From an uncultured virus (IMG/VR IMGVR_UViG_3300029267_002644) (lineage: Duplodnaviria > Heunggongvirae > Uroviricota > Caudoviricetes), in the IMG/VR virus record IMGVR_UViG_3300029267_002644: a stretch of 64,000 nucleotides of DNA. The stretch is one strand, 5' to 3'. The notes under the pieces were generated by a model. The model searched no databases. It saw nothing but the letters and a program-made list of their open reading frames with translations, and had not been told where the DNA came from. The position numbers were made by a program, and so were the translations under genes. Position 1 is the stretch's first letter. Every line of letters begins with the position of its first letter. Positions 55,820 through 64,000 of the stretch are shown in pieces.

Positions 55820-56704
55820 TTATATTCTATCCGTAGACTTCGCGAGTCTCATTCCGGCGGTGGTGGCTTCGTCCATGAAGTTATCCGTAAAACTTTGGAA
55901 CAAATTACCGGTCTGATCATTGTCAGGTATTGCCGACGTACAATCCGTCAGCAATACAATCTTCTTTACATTGTCGGGATCGAAATTTCGGATGATGTCC
56001 AACATGGTCTCCCGAACGCAGAAGTTCAATGCTTCTCCCGCAAAGTAGATGTTATCATAACCCTGGATCATATTGATAAAGGGTTTGTTTAACGCAGTTG
56101 ATGAATCTGAAGGATCCACAACGGCAGCCATCATGCCTGAGTAATGCTCTGTCCAAGGATTCGACCCCTTGGTAACATGAGTCAGAGTGGCGACGTATTT
56201 GTCTCTCCAACGGACGCATACTTCAATCACGTCTTCTTGAATTGCCGCACCGGTAGTACCGATCTGACAATGAGGCGGCCAAATGGTCAAAACATATCGA
56301 CCATCCCTCTCCATTGCTTCGAGATATTCAATGCCCCGTTTCTGATGCTCAGGAATAGGACTATTGATTCTCCAAAGTCCATCCTTTGCGTTCTGAGCAC
56401 TGATAGGTGTAAAAGGTGTTGGATGCTTCCCGTCTTTGTCAACCCACATAACCGGCGTAGCGATATGGAGGTCATGACAATCATGAGTCAGAGAAATCTC
56501 ATCCAGCAATGCGCCATTTGCGCTGATGAAATCAGCCAGACACAATGCATCTTGTTCAGCACCAGGAACAGGGAGTTTGGGTCCATCACCGGGTCGGTAG
56601 ATCCCATCCCTGACCTTGTCCATAAAATCATTCTGCATGTCAACAATTACCAATGCATTCTTCTCTTTCTTCGCCATTTTTCTTTTCTCCTTTCCATAGA
56701 ACAA
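55820..56704 (-). CDS. pncA: nicotinamidase (isochorismatase family)
   Basis: VIVDMQNDF...L.VPGA..D...THD.H...WPPHC..G..G...KG.N..TEHYS...GEA..FCV. Confidence 0.85.
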   Translation of the reverse strand: MFYGKEKRKMAKKEKNALVIVDMQNDFMDKVRDGIYRPGDGPKLPVPGAEQDALCLADFISANGALLDEISLTHDCHDLHIATPVMWVDKDGKHPTPFTPISAQNAKDGLWRINSPIPEHQKRGIEYLEAMERDGRYVLTIWPPHCQIGTTGAAIQEDVIEVCVRWRDKYVATLTHVTKGSNPWTEHYSGMMAAVVDPSDSSTALNKPFINMIQGYDNIYFAGEALNFCVRETMLDIIRNFDPDNVKKIVLLTDCTSAIPDNDQTGNLFQSFTDNFMDEATTAGMRLAKSTDRI

Positions 56705-56916
56705 AAATGAGTATTTGAAGATCGTGTTCGCCCAGCCCTACTATATAGTAGGACTGGACAAATACTTATATTGGTAAGTCATATATTTAGAACCAATTAC
56801 CTAACCAAAATTAGTCACGACCTCCCTTTTTAGCTTTCTTCCAAGTGCAGATCACAAACACTAAAGTACAAAATGTAAATACACCAAATCTACACCAGAA
56901 CAAATGACACTCCAAT

Positions 56917-58776
56917 TCAATCCCCTCCTTGGTTTTGAATTTTATCCAAAAGGTCGTCTACCGCCATAACGGTGACCCCTAGTTTTTCAGCTTTCTTTTG
57001 TTTCGAAGAATTTTTACTTGGATCAGCTACAATAAGCAAACCAAGATCCTTCGTTACGCTCTCAACGACTTTATATTTCGTCCCGCTGAGCAGAGCATAA
57101 TAGAAAGCTTTCTTTTTTGGGAACTTTCCGGTAAAACAGACCTTTATCATATCATTTCTGATCGCCTCCTTGACGACCTCCTTGGTCGGTAACAATTCAC
57201 GTAGTTCCTTGATATATCCAACATTGATTTCGATGCCGCTAAGCAACACAGCAGCTCGATCACGACCAACTTGATCTATTTCCTGTAACTGCGAAAACAA
57301 ATTTCCACGGGGTATAGTCTCAACCATATTAACCAGATGTGAGAGAGAAAACTTCTCCATCAGAATCTTGCTTAGAGTTTTACCAATACCAACAAGATTC
57401 AGAGAAGCAAGGATCTGCCAATCATAGGCTCCGCCCTTTAACACTTTTTGAATCTCACCATGCAAATTAGTCGCCGAACTCTCCGCAAATCCAGGTAATT
57501 GTAAAAGTTGATCTTTCTGTAATCTGAATATGTCTATCAGGTCTCCAACGCCTAAGACGTCGATCATTTTCTCAAGCGTTGGTTTTCCTAATCGTTCAAT
57601 CCCAATGCGAATCACTGAATCCATCAGCTTGTTTGTCAATTTACCAGGACAGTCGCTTCTTGCACACCTTACTTCAGGTTCTCGATATTCAACCGGTCCA
57701 TTACAGACAGGACATTGGGTGATAATTGGTAGTTCTCGCTTCTTACCAGGTATTACTTTTTGCACATCAGGAATGACGTCACCAGCTCGTTCAATAATGA
57801 GCGTATCACCAATATGAATATCGTTATCTCTGATATACTTCATGTTGTGAAGGTTTACATTTTGGACTGTCACACCGCTTATCTCAACAGGAGCAACTCT
57901 ACCAATCGGAGTTAGAACCTCCTTACCCTGACTCCAAGTAATAGATTCAAGAACAGTTGTTCCTGTAGGATTTGCAAACTTAAAAGCAATTTCGCTTCTT
58001 TTGTGATGTGATGTAACTCCGAGAGATTGAGCATACTTGAAATCAGCTAACTTAATCACCAACCCATCGGTTGGGTAATCTTGCGCTTGAGTATTTCTGA
58101 TGATTCCATCCCAGTCAAGGTGAGGCAACTGTCCAAGTTCTGCCTTGATGGAATATTCGTTAAAGTCAATTAGAGTCAAAAGAGGAACATTGATATCGGG
58201 ATTCTCATCGCGGTTTAGAATACCTGCGCATGCATTTCTAGAATTCTTAAATTGTTCCCCACCCTTCCGTGTTAGTTTAGTCTTGACATGTTCAAAAACA
58301 GATTTTGCGAGAACAATCTCACCCCGTGTAGCTCCTTTAAATTTAGTAGCCGGAATAGTTTCTCCACCTTGAAGAACTTTTAAGATCCGTGTATGTTGGG
58401 AAATGTTTTCACCTACTGTACCATCACCCCTCGTTGATAACACAGACTCTCTTAATTCTGCAGAGCACCCGTCATATTTTGGTTGTATCAAAAACAGCTC
58501 GCTGGGTCCCCTAGAAACTTTCTTACACCATTCCAATAATTCAGGTACAGAATATACCTTATTAAGACTTAACATTGGAATGATATGGTGGATTTTCTTA
58601 CCTTCACCACTAACAGGCGCATGCACTTTCATCAAAATAGGACTATCCGGCGCAACTTGTTGTAATTTTTGAACTAGTGCGTCATATTCCTGATCTGTAA
58701 TCATTGGGTTTTGTTCGTTCCAATAAGCATTATCGTGTTTTTGAATCTCTTCCTCCAGAGCTTCTTTTGTCGTCAT
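56917..58776 (-). CDS. ligA: NAD-dependent DNA ligase
   Basis: HD.AYW...ITD.EYD, MLSL, PKYDG, TRGDG..GE, DGLVIK, RAGDVIP, Zn finger, HhH repeats and BRCT. Confidence 0.95.
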   Translation of the reverse strand: MTTKEALEEEIQKHDNAYWNEQNPMITDQEYDALVQKLQQVAPDSPILMKVHAPVSGEGKKIHHIIPMLSLNKVYSVPELLEWCKKVSRGPSELFLIQPKYDGCSAELRESVLSTRGDGTVGENISQHTRILKVLQGGETIPATKFKGATRGEIVLAKSVFEHVKTKLTRKGGEQFKNSRNACAGILNRDENPDINVPLLTLIDFNEYSIKAELGQLPHLDWDGIIRNTQAQDYPTDGLVIKLADFKYAQSLGVTSHHKRSEIAFKFANPTGTTVLESITWSQGKEVLTPIGRVAPVEISGVTVQNVNLHNMKYIRDNDIHIGDTLIIERAGDVIPDVQKVIPGKKRELPIITQCPVCNGPVEYREPEVRCARSDCPGKLTNKLMDSVIRIGIERLGKPTLEKMIDVLGVGDLIDIFRLQKDQLLQLPGFAESSATNLHGEIQKVLKGGAYDWQILASLNLVGIGKTLSKILMEKFSLSHLVNMVETIPRGNLFSQLQEIDQVGRDRAAVLLSGIEINVGYIKELRELLPTKEVVKEAIRNDMIKVCFTGKFPKKKAFYYALLSGTKYKVVESVTKDLGLLIVADPSKNSSKQKKAEKLGVTVMAVDDLLDKIQNQGGD

Positions 58777-59305
58777 GTAACCTCCTGAATCTCCTGGTTA
58801 ATATCGCCAATGCGTTGTTCCAAGCGGTGAAGTTAGCTGTCCGTTTTAGAGCTTCGATCATTGCCAGTCGACCCCCCAGATCCGGCGCTGCAGAAAAAAT
58901 CATATCTCCGAGAAGATCAGCAACTACCTCTTCTTTGTTAAATTCCTCATCGGCATCTAACTCAGGATTATCCATTGCAACTGAACTGCATGTATCTTCA
59001 ACCTTTTTTAACATCTCCTGAGCTTTTTTTCTCATTTCCTCCGTTATTACCATAAATACCTCCTGTTATGGTTCCGCAGATTCTAATTCTTCTTGACTTT
59101 CTTTAAACAACGCCACAGAGATGACGGCCAGTTCTGCTTCTTTGAGTTTTATAGTAAGAAACTTCACAGCAGCATCTGGGTTTCGAATTATCAAATTATT
59201 GATTCCTTCCTTACAACCCCAGCATGGGTCGCATAGTCGGGTTCCAATTGATTCTGTGGGTTGCCCACAAATGTCGCAGTTGACGGGAACAGCCTGGTCT
59301 GTCAT
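58730..59305 (-). CDS. two small hypothetical proteins (58730-59053, 59066-59305)
   Basis: RBS-preceded ORFs upstream of ligA. Confidence 0.45.
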
Positions 59306-59380
59306 TTTCTTTTTTCCCTCCCTTATCTTATATAGTTTTAGAACAAATTATAAACTGGTTATCTGAAAGGAGAATTCTGA

Positions 59381-60037
59381 ATGAATAATGATGAAGTAAA
59401 TGAAGCTAGATATTTTAACGATCAAGGCAAAGTTTTATGTCAAGTATGTATGAAACCATTTGGTGTTATTGGTGCTACACACTTGAAAAAACATGATATG
59501 ACAATGGACCAATACAAGGAACAATATCCTGATGCTCCATTGAGTTCGAAAGCTTTTAAAGCTAAAGCAAATCTACGAGACATCAAAGGTTTTGGTAGCG
59601 GCGATGATGAAACTAAACCAAACCCATTGATGGAAGATGGAGAAGTTTCTGCTAAAGACGTTCGACAGAAAGCTAAAGAAGCAGAACAGAAAAAAGAACC
59701 TGAGAAGGAACCTGAAAAACTCATTCCTATCCTACAAAACAAAGTCGACATCATTAAATTCCTCAAAACCATTTATCCAGTGGTTAGAGAAAATTTCTTT
59801 ATTGAAAAACGAAACCATATTAATGACGCTCTTGAATATAGTTTCATTACTGATATTGTCGATCTCCAAACAAAGACAATCTTTGACTTTCCAAATGCTT
59901 ACTGGCATAATCAGGATGCTCGTCAAGATTATTACAAAGATAAAAAATTACAAGATGATGGGTGGACAATCCATCGTTTTACTAACAAACACCCTTCAGT
60001 AGATCTAATCAAAGAAAAATTGGATTTAGTCTTCTGA
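59381..60037 (+). CDS. MucR/Ros-like zinc finger plus degenerate Vsr-like C-terminal domain
   Basis: CQVC.K.F..I..THLK.H.MT..QYK..YP.APL; C-terminal YWH...D..L...GW.I.RF. Confidence 0.55.
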   Translation: MNNDEVNEARYFNDQGKVLCQVCMKPFGVIGATHLKKHDMTMDQYKEQYPDAPLSSKAFKAKANLRDIKGFGSGDDETKPNPLMEDGEVSAKDVRQKAKEAEQKKEPEKEPEKLIPILQNKVDIIKFLKTIYPVVRENFFIEKRNHINDALEYSFITDIVDLQTKTIFDFPNAYWHNQDARQDYYKDKKLQDDGWTIHRFTNKHPSVDLIKEKLDLVF

Positions 60038-60340
60038 TATCCTAGAAAGAATAGAACAAAATATAAATACACATCAACGAGATGTTATTCATCAATTACT
60101 AGTTACGAGTTTCTAATTACGAGGACGTCATTGATTTGGCGTCCTCACTTCCTACGTAAAAACAAACTTCCTTCATTAAGTTATATATATAGAACCCTTT
60201 TCTTCATAAGAAACAAACATCGCTCTGTGTTTAGATCTACATACCAATATAGAATAATTCAGAGAACAAATTAAAAAATAACGGTACGGTTTTTCCGTTT
60301 TGATAGAATTAGATACAGACAGTCTTATGGAGGTCAAATA

Positions 60341-61132
60341 ATGGGTAATCCCATCCCTACACAGCTTAGAAGTATTGATCCTTATGCTTCGTATAATTCC
60401 GACATTGCGAATCGACTTACAAGGATAGTCACTTCTGGAACTGACTGTCTTCTCCATCCAGATCCAATCGATGTATTACCAAATGATAGTACAAGTGTCA
60501 TTGTTACTTCCGGTAAAGCAGTTAAGGACGATGTCTATCTTGAAATCCAACAAATTACAGTTCCGTTAGATGACCCTGACTTTTTTGTTGACTCAACATC
60601 ATCATGGGATTCTACTGGTTATTACTATGTTGTCCTCGATTACACCTACGCAAAAGTCCAACCTGCAAATGTCGCATCTATTGGATGCATCAAACCCGCG
60701 CAACGAACTACTTCTTATGATTCACGCCATGTATTTCTTGCTTGTCTTGACGTGGGACCAGATGGGATGGGAGGATATCAAGTCGATGCCATCTTAGACT
60801 ACGATCCTGATTGGCCGAATAACCGTCGACTTGTGAGAGGCGCTGATCCATCGGGGGTGGTAGCGTCGTATATAGTGGTTAGTGCAAATTACACAGCGGA
60901 TCCGGATGATTCAAATATAAAAGCTTCTGGAAATACAACTATTACGTTACCTCCAGTAGCAAATAGTCCAAAGCAAATTAGAATTATTAAAACTGATTTG
61001 CCGCCAACAAAAATTACAGTCGTTCCACATCCTGGCGACTATATAGATAATGCTACTTCAATCGAAATGACAGGTCGATGGAATGAAGTAACACTTTTAC
61101 CAGATAATATCCAAACATGGATTGAAATTTAA
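60341..61132 (+). CDS. probable virion structural/tail protein
   Basis: GGAGG RBS; C-terminal TTITLPP...I.IIK.D...I.V......ID motif typical of tail proteins. Confidence 0.55.
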   Translation: MGNPIPTQLRSIDPYASYNSDIANRLTRIVTSGTDCLLHPDPIDVLPNDSTSVIVTSGKAVKDDVYLEIQQITVPLDDPDFFVDSTSSWDSTGYYYVVLDYTYAKVQPANVASIGCIKPAQRTTSYDSRHVFLACLDVGPDGMGGYQVDAILDYDPDWPNNRRLVRGADPSGVVASYIVVSANYTADPDDSNIKASGNTTITLPPVANSPKQIRIIKTDLPPTKITVVPHPGDYIDNATSIEMTGRWNEVTLLPDNIQTWIEI

Positions 61133-61159
61133 GGTCCTGTTCCAAGGAGGAAATAAGTC

Positions 61160-61450
61160 ATGGATTATAGGTTTGAAGACGTATATGACAGGTTAACTAC
61201 TCTTGAGGCAGGTGGCGGTGGTGGTGGAACCAATGGTTACACTGAAGAAATATCAACTGCAGCCACTGAATGGGTCATTACTCATAACCTCGAAACATAT
61301 GGCATCATGGTGCAATGTTGGGATGGTGTTGAAGAAGGCGCTGACAAAATTATGCCAGCAAATATCAATATAGATAGCACATCACAAATTACCATTGATT
61401 GGGGTACTGAAGAAGTATCAGGTAGAGTAGCCATTGTTGCAACAAGCTAA
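61160..61450 (+). CDS. probable virion protein
   Basis: W.ITHNL....VQCWD motif common in tail-fibre domains. Confidence 0.55.
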   Translation: MDYRFEDVYDRLTTLEAGGGGGGTNGYTEEISTAATEWVITHNLETYGIMVQCWDGVEEGADKIMPANINIDSTSQITIDWGTEEVSGRVAIVATS

Positions 61451-61476
61451 GAAATTCTCAAGGAGTCTACTACGTT

Positions 61477-64000
61477 ATGAAATATTACGGTGTAAATCTT
61501 AAAGGCGATCTTACAAGACGCACAGATTTCGAACTACTTGCGCCTCTATTAGGAGAGGCCAATAAATCATATATACAAAGTCTCCTAGATTACCGTGAAG
61601 GGAATGGAGCGCGTTATTACCATTCCAACGTTGTAGACACTATTCAAGGAGATGTTGTTACTGGACGCGATGACTTTTTTCCTGGTGTTCCTCCTTCTGG
61701 TGAACAGATTGATATTTCTAGTTTGAAGGGGTTAATTGACGGTGGAAATTATTGGACATCACGAACACAACTCTCAGAAGGAAGAAAGAATGTTCCAGGA
61801 TTCTCTCAAACGGAAAATCATGGTATCATTGCTGGTGGTTTTAATGGTCCACAAATCAGAAGCGCAGTAACAGAAAGATATTCTAATGCTGAGAATTATT
61901 GGATAAATAGGGTTAAATTTACTACCCCAAGATCGTATGCACAAACATTTACAATTACTTCTGATTTAGGACTTCATTATGGTGGTGAGAATGCAGCATC
62001 AGTAGGATTACTCACAGCTAATACTCACAGACACTCAAATGCTGAGAACTCATGGACACAAAGAACTACAACAGTTGCTAGATCGTCTGGTGCATCTTTA
62101 TCACTTACTCAAGATTTAGGTCTTGGAGCTGGTGGTACAAACACAACAGGATATTGGAACAGAGTAGACAGTTATGCCAACTCTGCAGATGTCTGGTCAT
62201 CAAGAACAGTATTGGGCACATCTAGATACTATATGCGAGGAATATCCCTAACAACAGATGGTGGAGTTGTGCCTGGTGGTTATAATGGTTCTGACTTAAC
62301 TACTAATGAAAGATATTCTTACTCATCAAATGCGTGGACTTCAAGAGCATCAATGACTCTAGCTAAAAGAGGTTTTGGTGGTTTAACATCAACAACGGAT
62401 TCTGGATTAGTAGCATGTGGAACCAACGGATCATATTTAGGACATACATCAAGATATAATGATTCAACAAATGGTTGGACAGAAAGAGCTTCTGAATCTA
62501 CAGGTAATCACACTTACACTGGAGAATTTAATCTTTCTAATACAACAGGAATATTAGGTGGTTCAGTTCAAAGTTATGGAACAACAGTAAGTAGATTCAA
62601 AGATTCATCTACTAATTTCGACAACCAAACAATCTCCACATATAAACATCCAAATGCAGCAGTTCCCAAAACTGATGAAAATCAATACGGTGAAAATCTA
62701 GTTTACAATGGTGATATGGAATTAGATGATGACACCTGGATCGCTTTTGGATCACCAGTGCAAACGCTTCGAAATAGTACATATTCTGTTAGCGGAACTT
62801 ATTGCTGGCGATTTGATTGTAATGGTTCTAATGATGGAATTCGAATGGCTGACCATAAAGCGTTTACAACTGAAACAGGAAAAACTTATAAGTTTAGTGT
62901 ATATGTTCGACCTCCAATCTCAAGTGTATATATCCAAATTAACAGAGGTGGTAGTGGCGCATACGCAGCAACATTCCAAAATCTAACTATAAATGAATGG
63001 AACCTGATTGAATTTGAATATGAAGAAACAAGTGGTGGTGATAATGGTTTAGTTTATATTGTATCTGGTGGATCTGGAACATACAATTACTTTGTAGATG
63101 ATGTACAAGTTAGAGAAGTACTTGAAACCAGAGACGCAAAAGATGTTGTATTTACAGAAGATCTTACTAATACAACTGATCAAATTAAACATATAGTTGT
63201 TACATCTCTAAATCAAAAAAGAGATCCAGTAACAATGAATGGTTACTGGACTTTTAGAAATCCAATGACTCCATTTAGAGCAACCGAAGCTAGTTTTGGA
63301 TTATCTGATGACGTCGCTATTGTTGCGGGAGGGTGGATTTCCTCAGCATTCAATGATACTAGTAAATATATTGACTCTGAAAATGCATGGGTTGCGAAAA
63401 CTGATATCTTAACAGCGAGAAGTGCATTTGATGGATTTCGTTTAGATTCAAATTATGGTGTAGCTGCATGTGGTACAACAACTGGATCAAATTATACTAA
63501 TATAACTGAAAAATATAGCGACCCTGCTGGAAGTTGGTCTAGCAGAACTGGAGCAAATATTTCCAGAATATACTGTAGATCATTTCAAATAACATCTGAT
63601 ACAGGTCTTATGAATTGTGGAAATAATGGAACTCAATATATTGGTAATGTTGAAAGACATTCAGACTCTGGAAATAGCTGGACAAATAGAACTCCAACAC
63701 TAGATAATGTTGTATCTCCTGGTGGTTTTGATCTAACTACTGACCTTGGAATCATTTCAGGTGGTTATAATAACAGTTCAGAATATAAAACAACTATTTG
63801 GCGACACTCCGATTCAGGAAATTCATGGACTAATAGAACATCGATGTTGAATGGTAAAAGACAACATCAATGTTTTAATCTTTCATCAACAACTGGATTG
63901 ATGGCGGGTGGTTATAATAGCTCAACAATGTATTTTTCAGAGTTGTATGATGATTCAGCAAACTCAGTTTCTACAAGAACAGATTTATCCGATCCTACAA
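61477..64000 (+). CDS. Kelch-repeat protein with internal carbohydrate-binding-like module (partial, over 840 aa; probable tail fibre/adhesin)
   Basis: ATG 61477 after AAGGAG; frame 1 appears open to the window end, so it is absent from the track; repeats of W.xR..m...R....G.iaGG.n...erYS...N.W flank an NLVYNGDME...W CBM4/9-like insert. Confidence 0.75.
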   Translation, partial: MKYYGVNLKGDLTRRTDFELLAPLLGEANKSYIQSLLDYREGNGARYYHSNVVDTIQGDVVTGRDDFFPGVPPSGEQIDISSLKGLIDGGNYWTSRTQLSEGRKNVPGFSQTENHGIIAGGFNGPQIRSAVTERYSNAENYWINRVKFTTPRSYAQTFTITSDLGLHYGGENAASVGLLTANTHRHSNAENSWTQRTTTVARSSGASLSLTQDLGLGAGGTNTTGYWNRVDSYANSADVWSSRTVLGTSRYYMRGISLTTDGGVVPGGYNGSDLTTNERYSYSSNAWTSRASMTLAKRGFGGLTSTTDSGLVACGTNGSYLGHTSRYNDSTNGWTERASESTGNHTYTGEFNLSNTTGILGGSVQSYGTTVSRFKDSSTNFDNQTISTYKHPNAAVPKTDENQYGENLVYNGDMELDDDTWIAFGSPVQTLRNSTYSVSGTYCWRFDCNGSNDGIRMADHKAFTTETGKTYKFSVYVRPPISSVYIQINRGGSGAYAATFQNLTINEWNLIEFEYEETSGGDNGLVYIVSGGSGTYNYFVDDVQVREVLETRDAKDVVFTEDLTNTTDQIKHIVVTSLNQKRDPVTMNGYWTFRNPMTPFRATEASFGLSDDVAIVAGGWISSAFNDTSKYIDSENAWVAKTDILTARSAFDGFRLDSNYGVAACGTTTGSNYTNITEKYSDPAGSWSSRTGANISRIYCRSFQITSDTGLMNCGNNGTQYIGNVERHSDSGNSWTNRTPTLDNVVSPGGFDLTTDLGIISGGYNNSSEYKTTIWRHSDSGNSWTNRTSMLNGKRQHQCFNLSSTTGLMAGGYNSSTMYFSELYDDSANSVSTRTDLSDPT

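Noticed and set aside
62726..62986. 86-aa track ORF
   Set aside because: It is out of frame inside the long frame-1 Kelch ORF starting at 61477.
1..64000. Genome-wide stop-codon reassignment
   Set aside because: Polymerase, helicase, portal, capsid and ligase are intact in the standard code, and TAG, TAA and TGA all terminate genes.

Overview
Segment of a large, T4-like or jumbo-type dsDNA bacteriophage genome; no host chromosome genes are evident. Accessory genes suggest a Desulfobacterota/deltaproteobacterial host, but that is inference only. Roughly 1-27 kb is a + strand accessory region with about 20 tRNA genes, an interrupted RtcB, pyrE, pyrF, mgsA, a TrmH methylase, an FN3-like protein cluster and signalling proteins. 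27-41 kb holds DNA modification and replication genes (PIG-L, glycosyltransferase, UDG-PolB fusion, QueE, ThyA-like, DpdA-like, DnaB-like helicase). 41-48.7 kb is the head module (portal, prohead protease, major capsid). 48.8-59.3 kb is a - strand block (PncA, vWA, PP2C, kinase, PRTase, PncB, NadE, LigA). After 60 kb come probable virion/tail genes, including a partial Kelch-repeat protein. The main discovery is at 10.8-16.9 kb: seven ncRNAs share one covarying bulged-helix module (helix-ACT-N4-helix ... helix-N7-TA-helix). In five copies the module wraps a cargo: one normal-order tRNA, three tRNAs circularly permuted at different break points, and one non-tRNA cargo. In two copies it is inserted inside-out into a tRNA D-loop. 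The array lies directly upstream of a Ro60/TROVE-like vWA gene and an ARPP-like gene, suggesting a new Y-RNA-like tRNA-mimic system. A second candidate system at 23.9-24.7 kb combines an amber-containing RGPP micro-ORF, a PTH2-like hydrolase and an amber-suppressor tRNA. Five tRNAs (Gly, Lys, Cys, Thr, Arg) carry non-canonical long variable arms. All protein calls are motif-based by eye; no searches were run.
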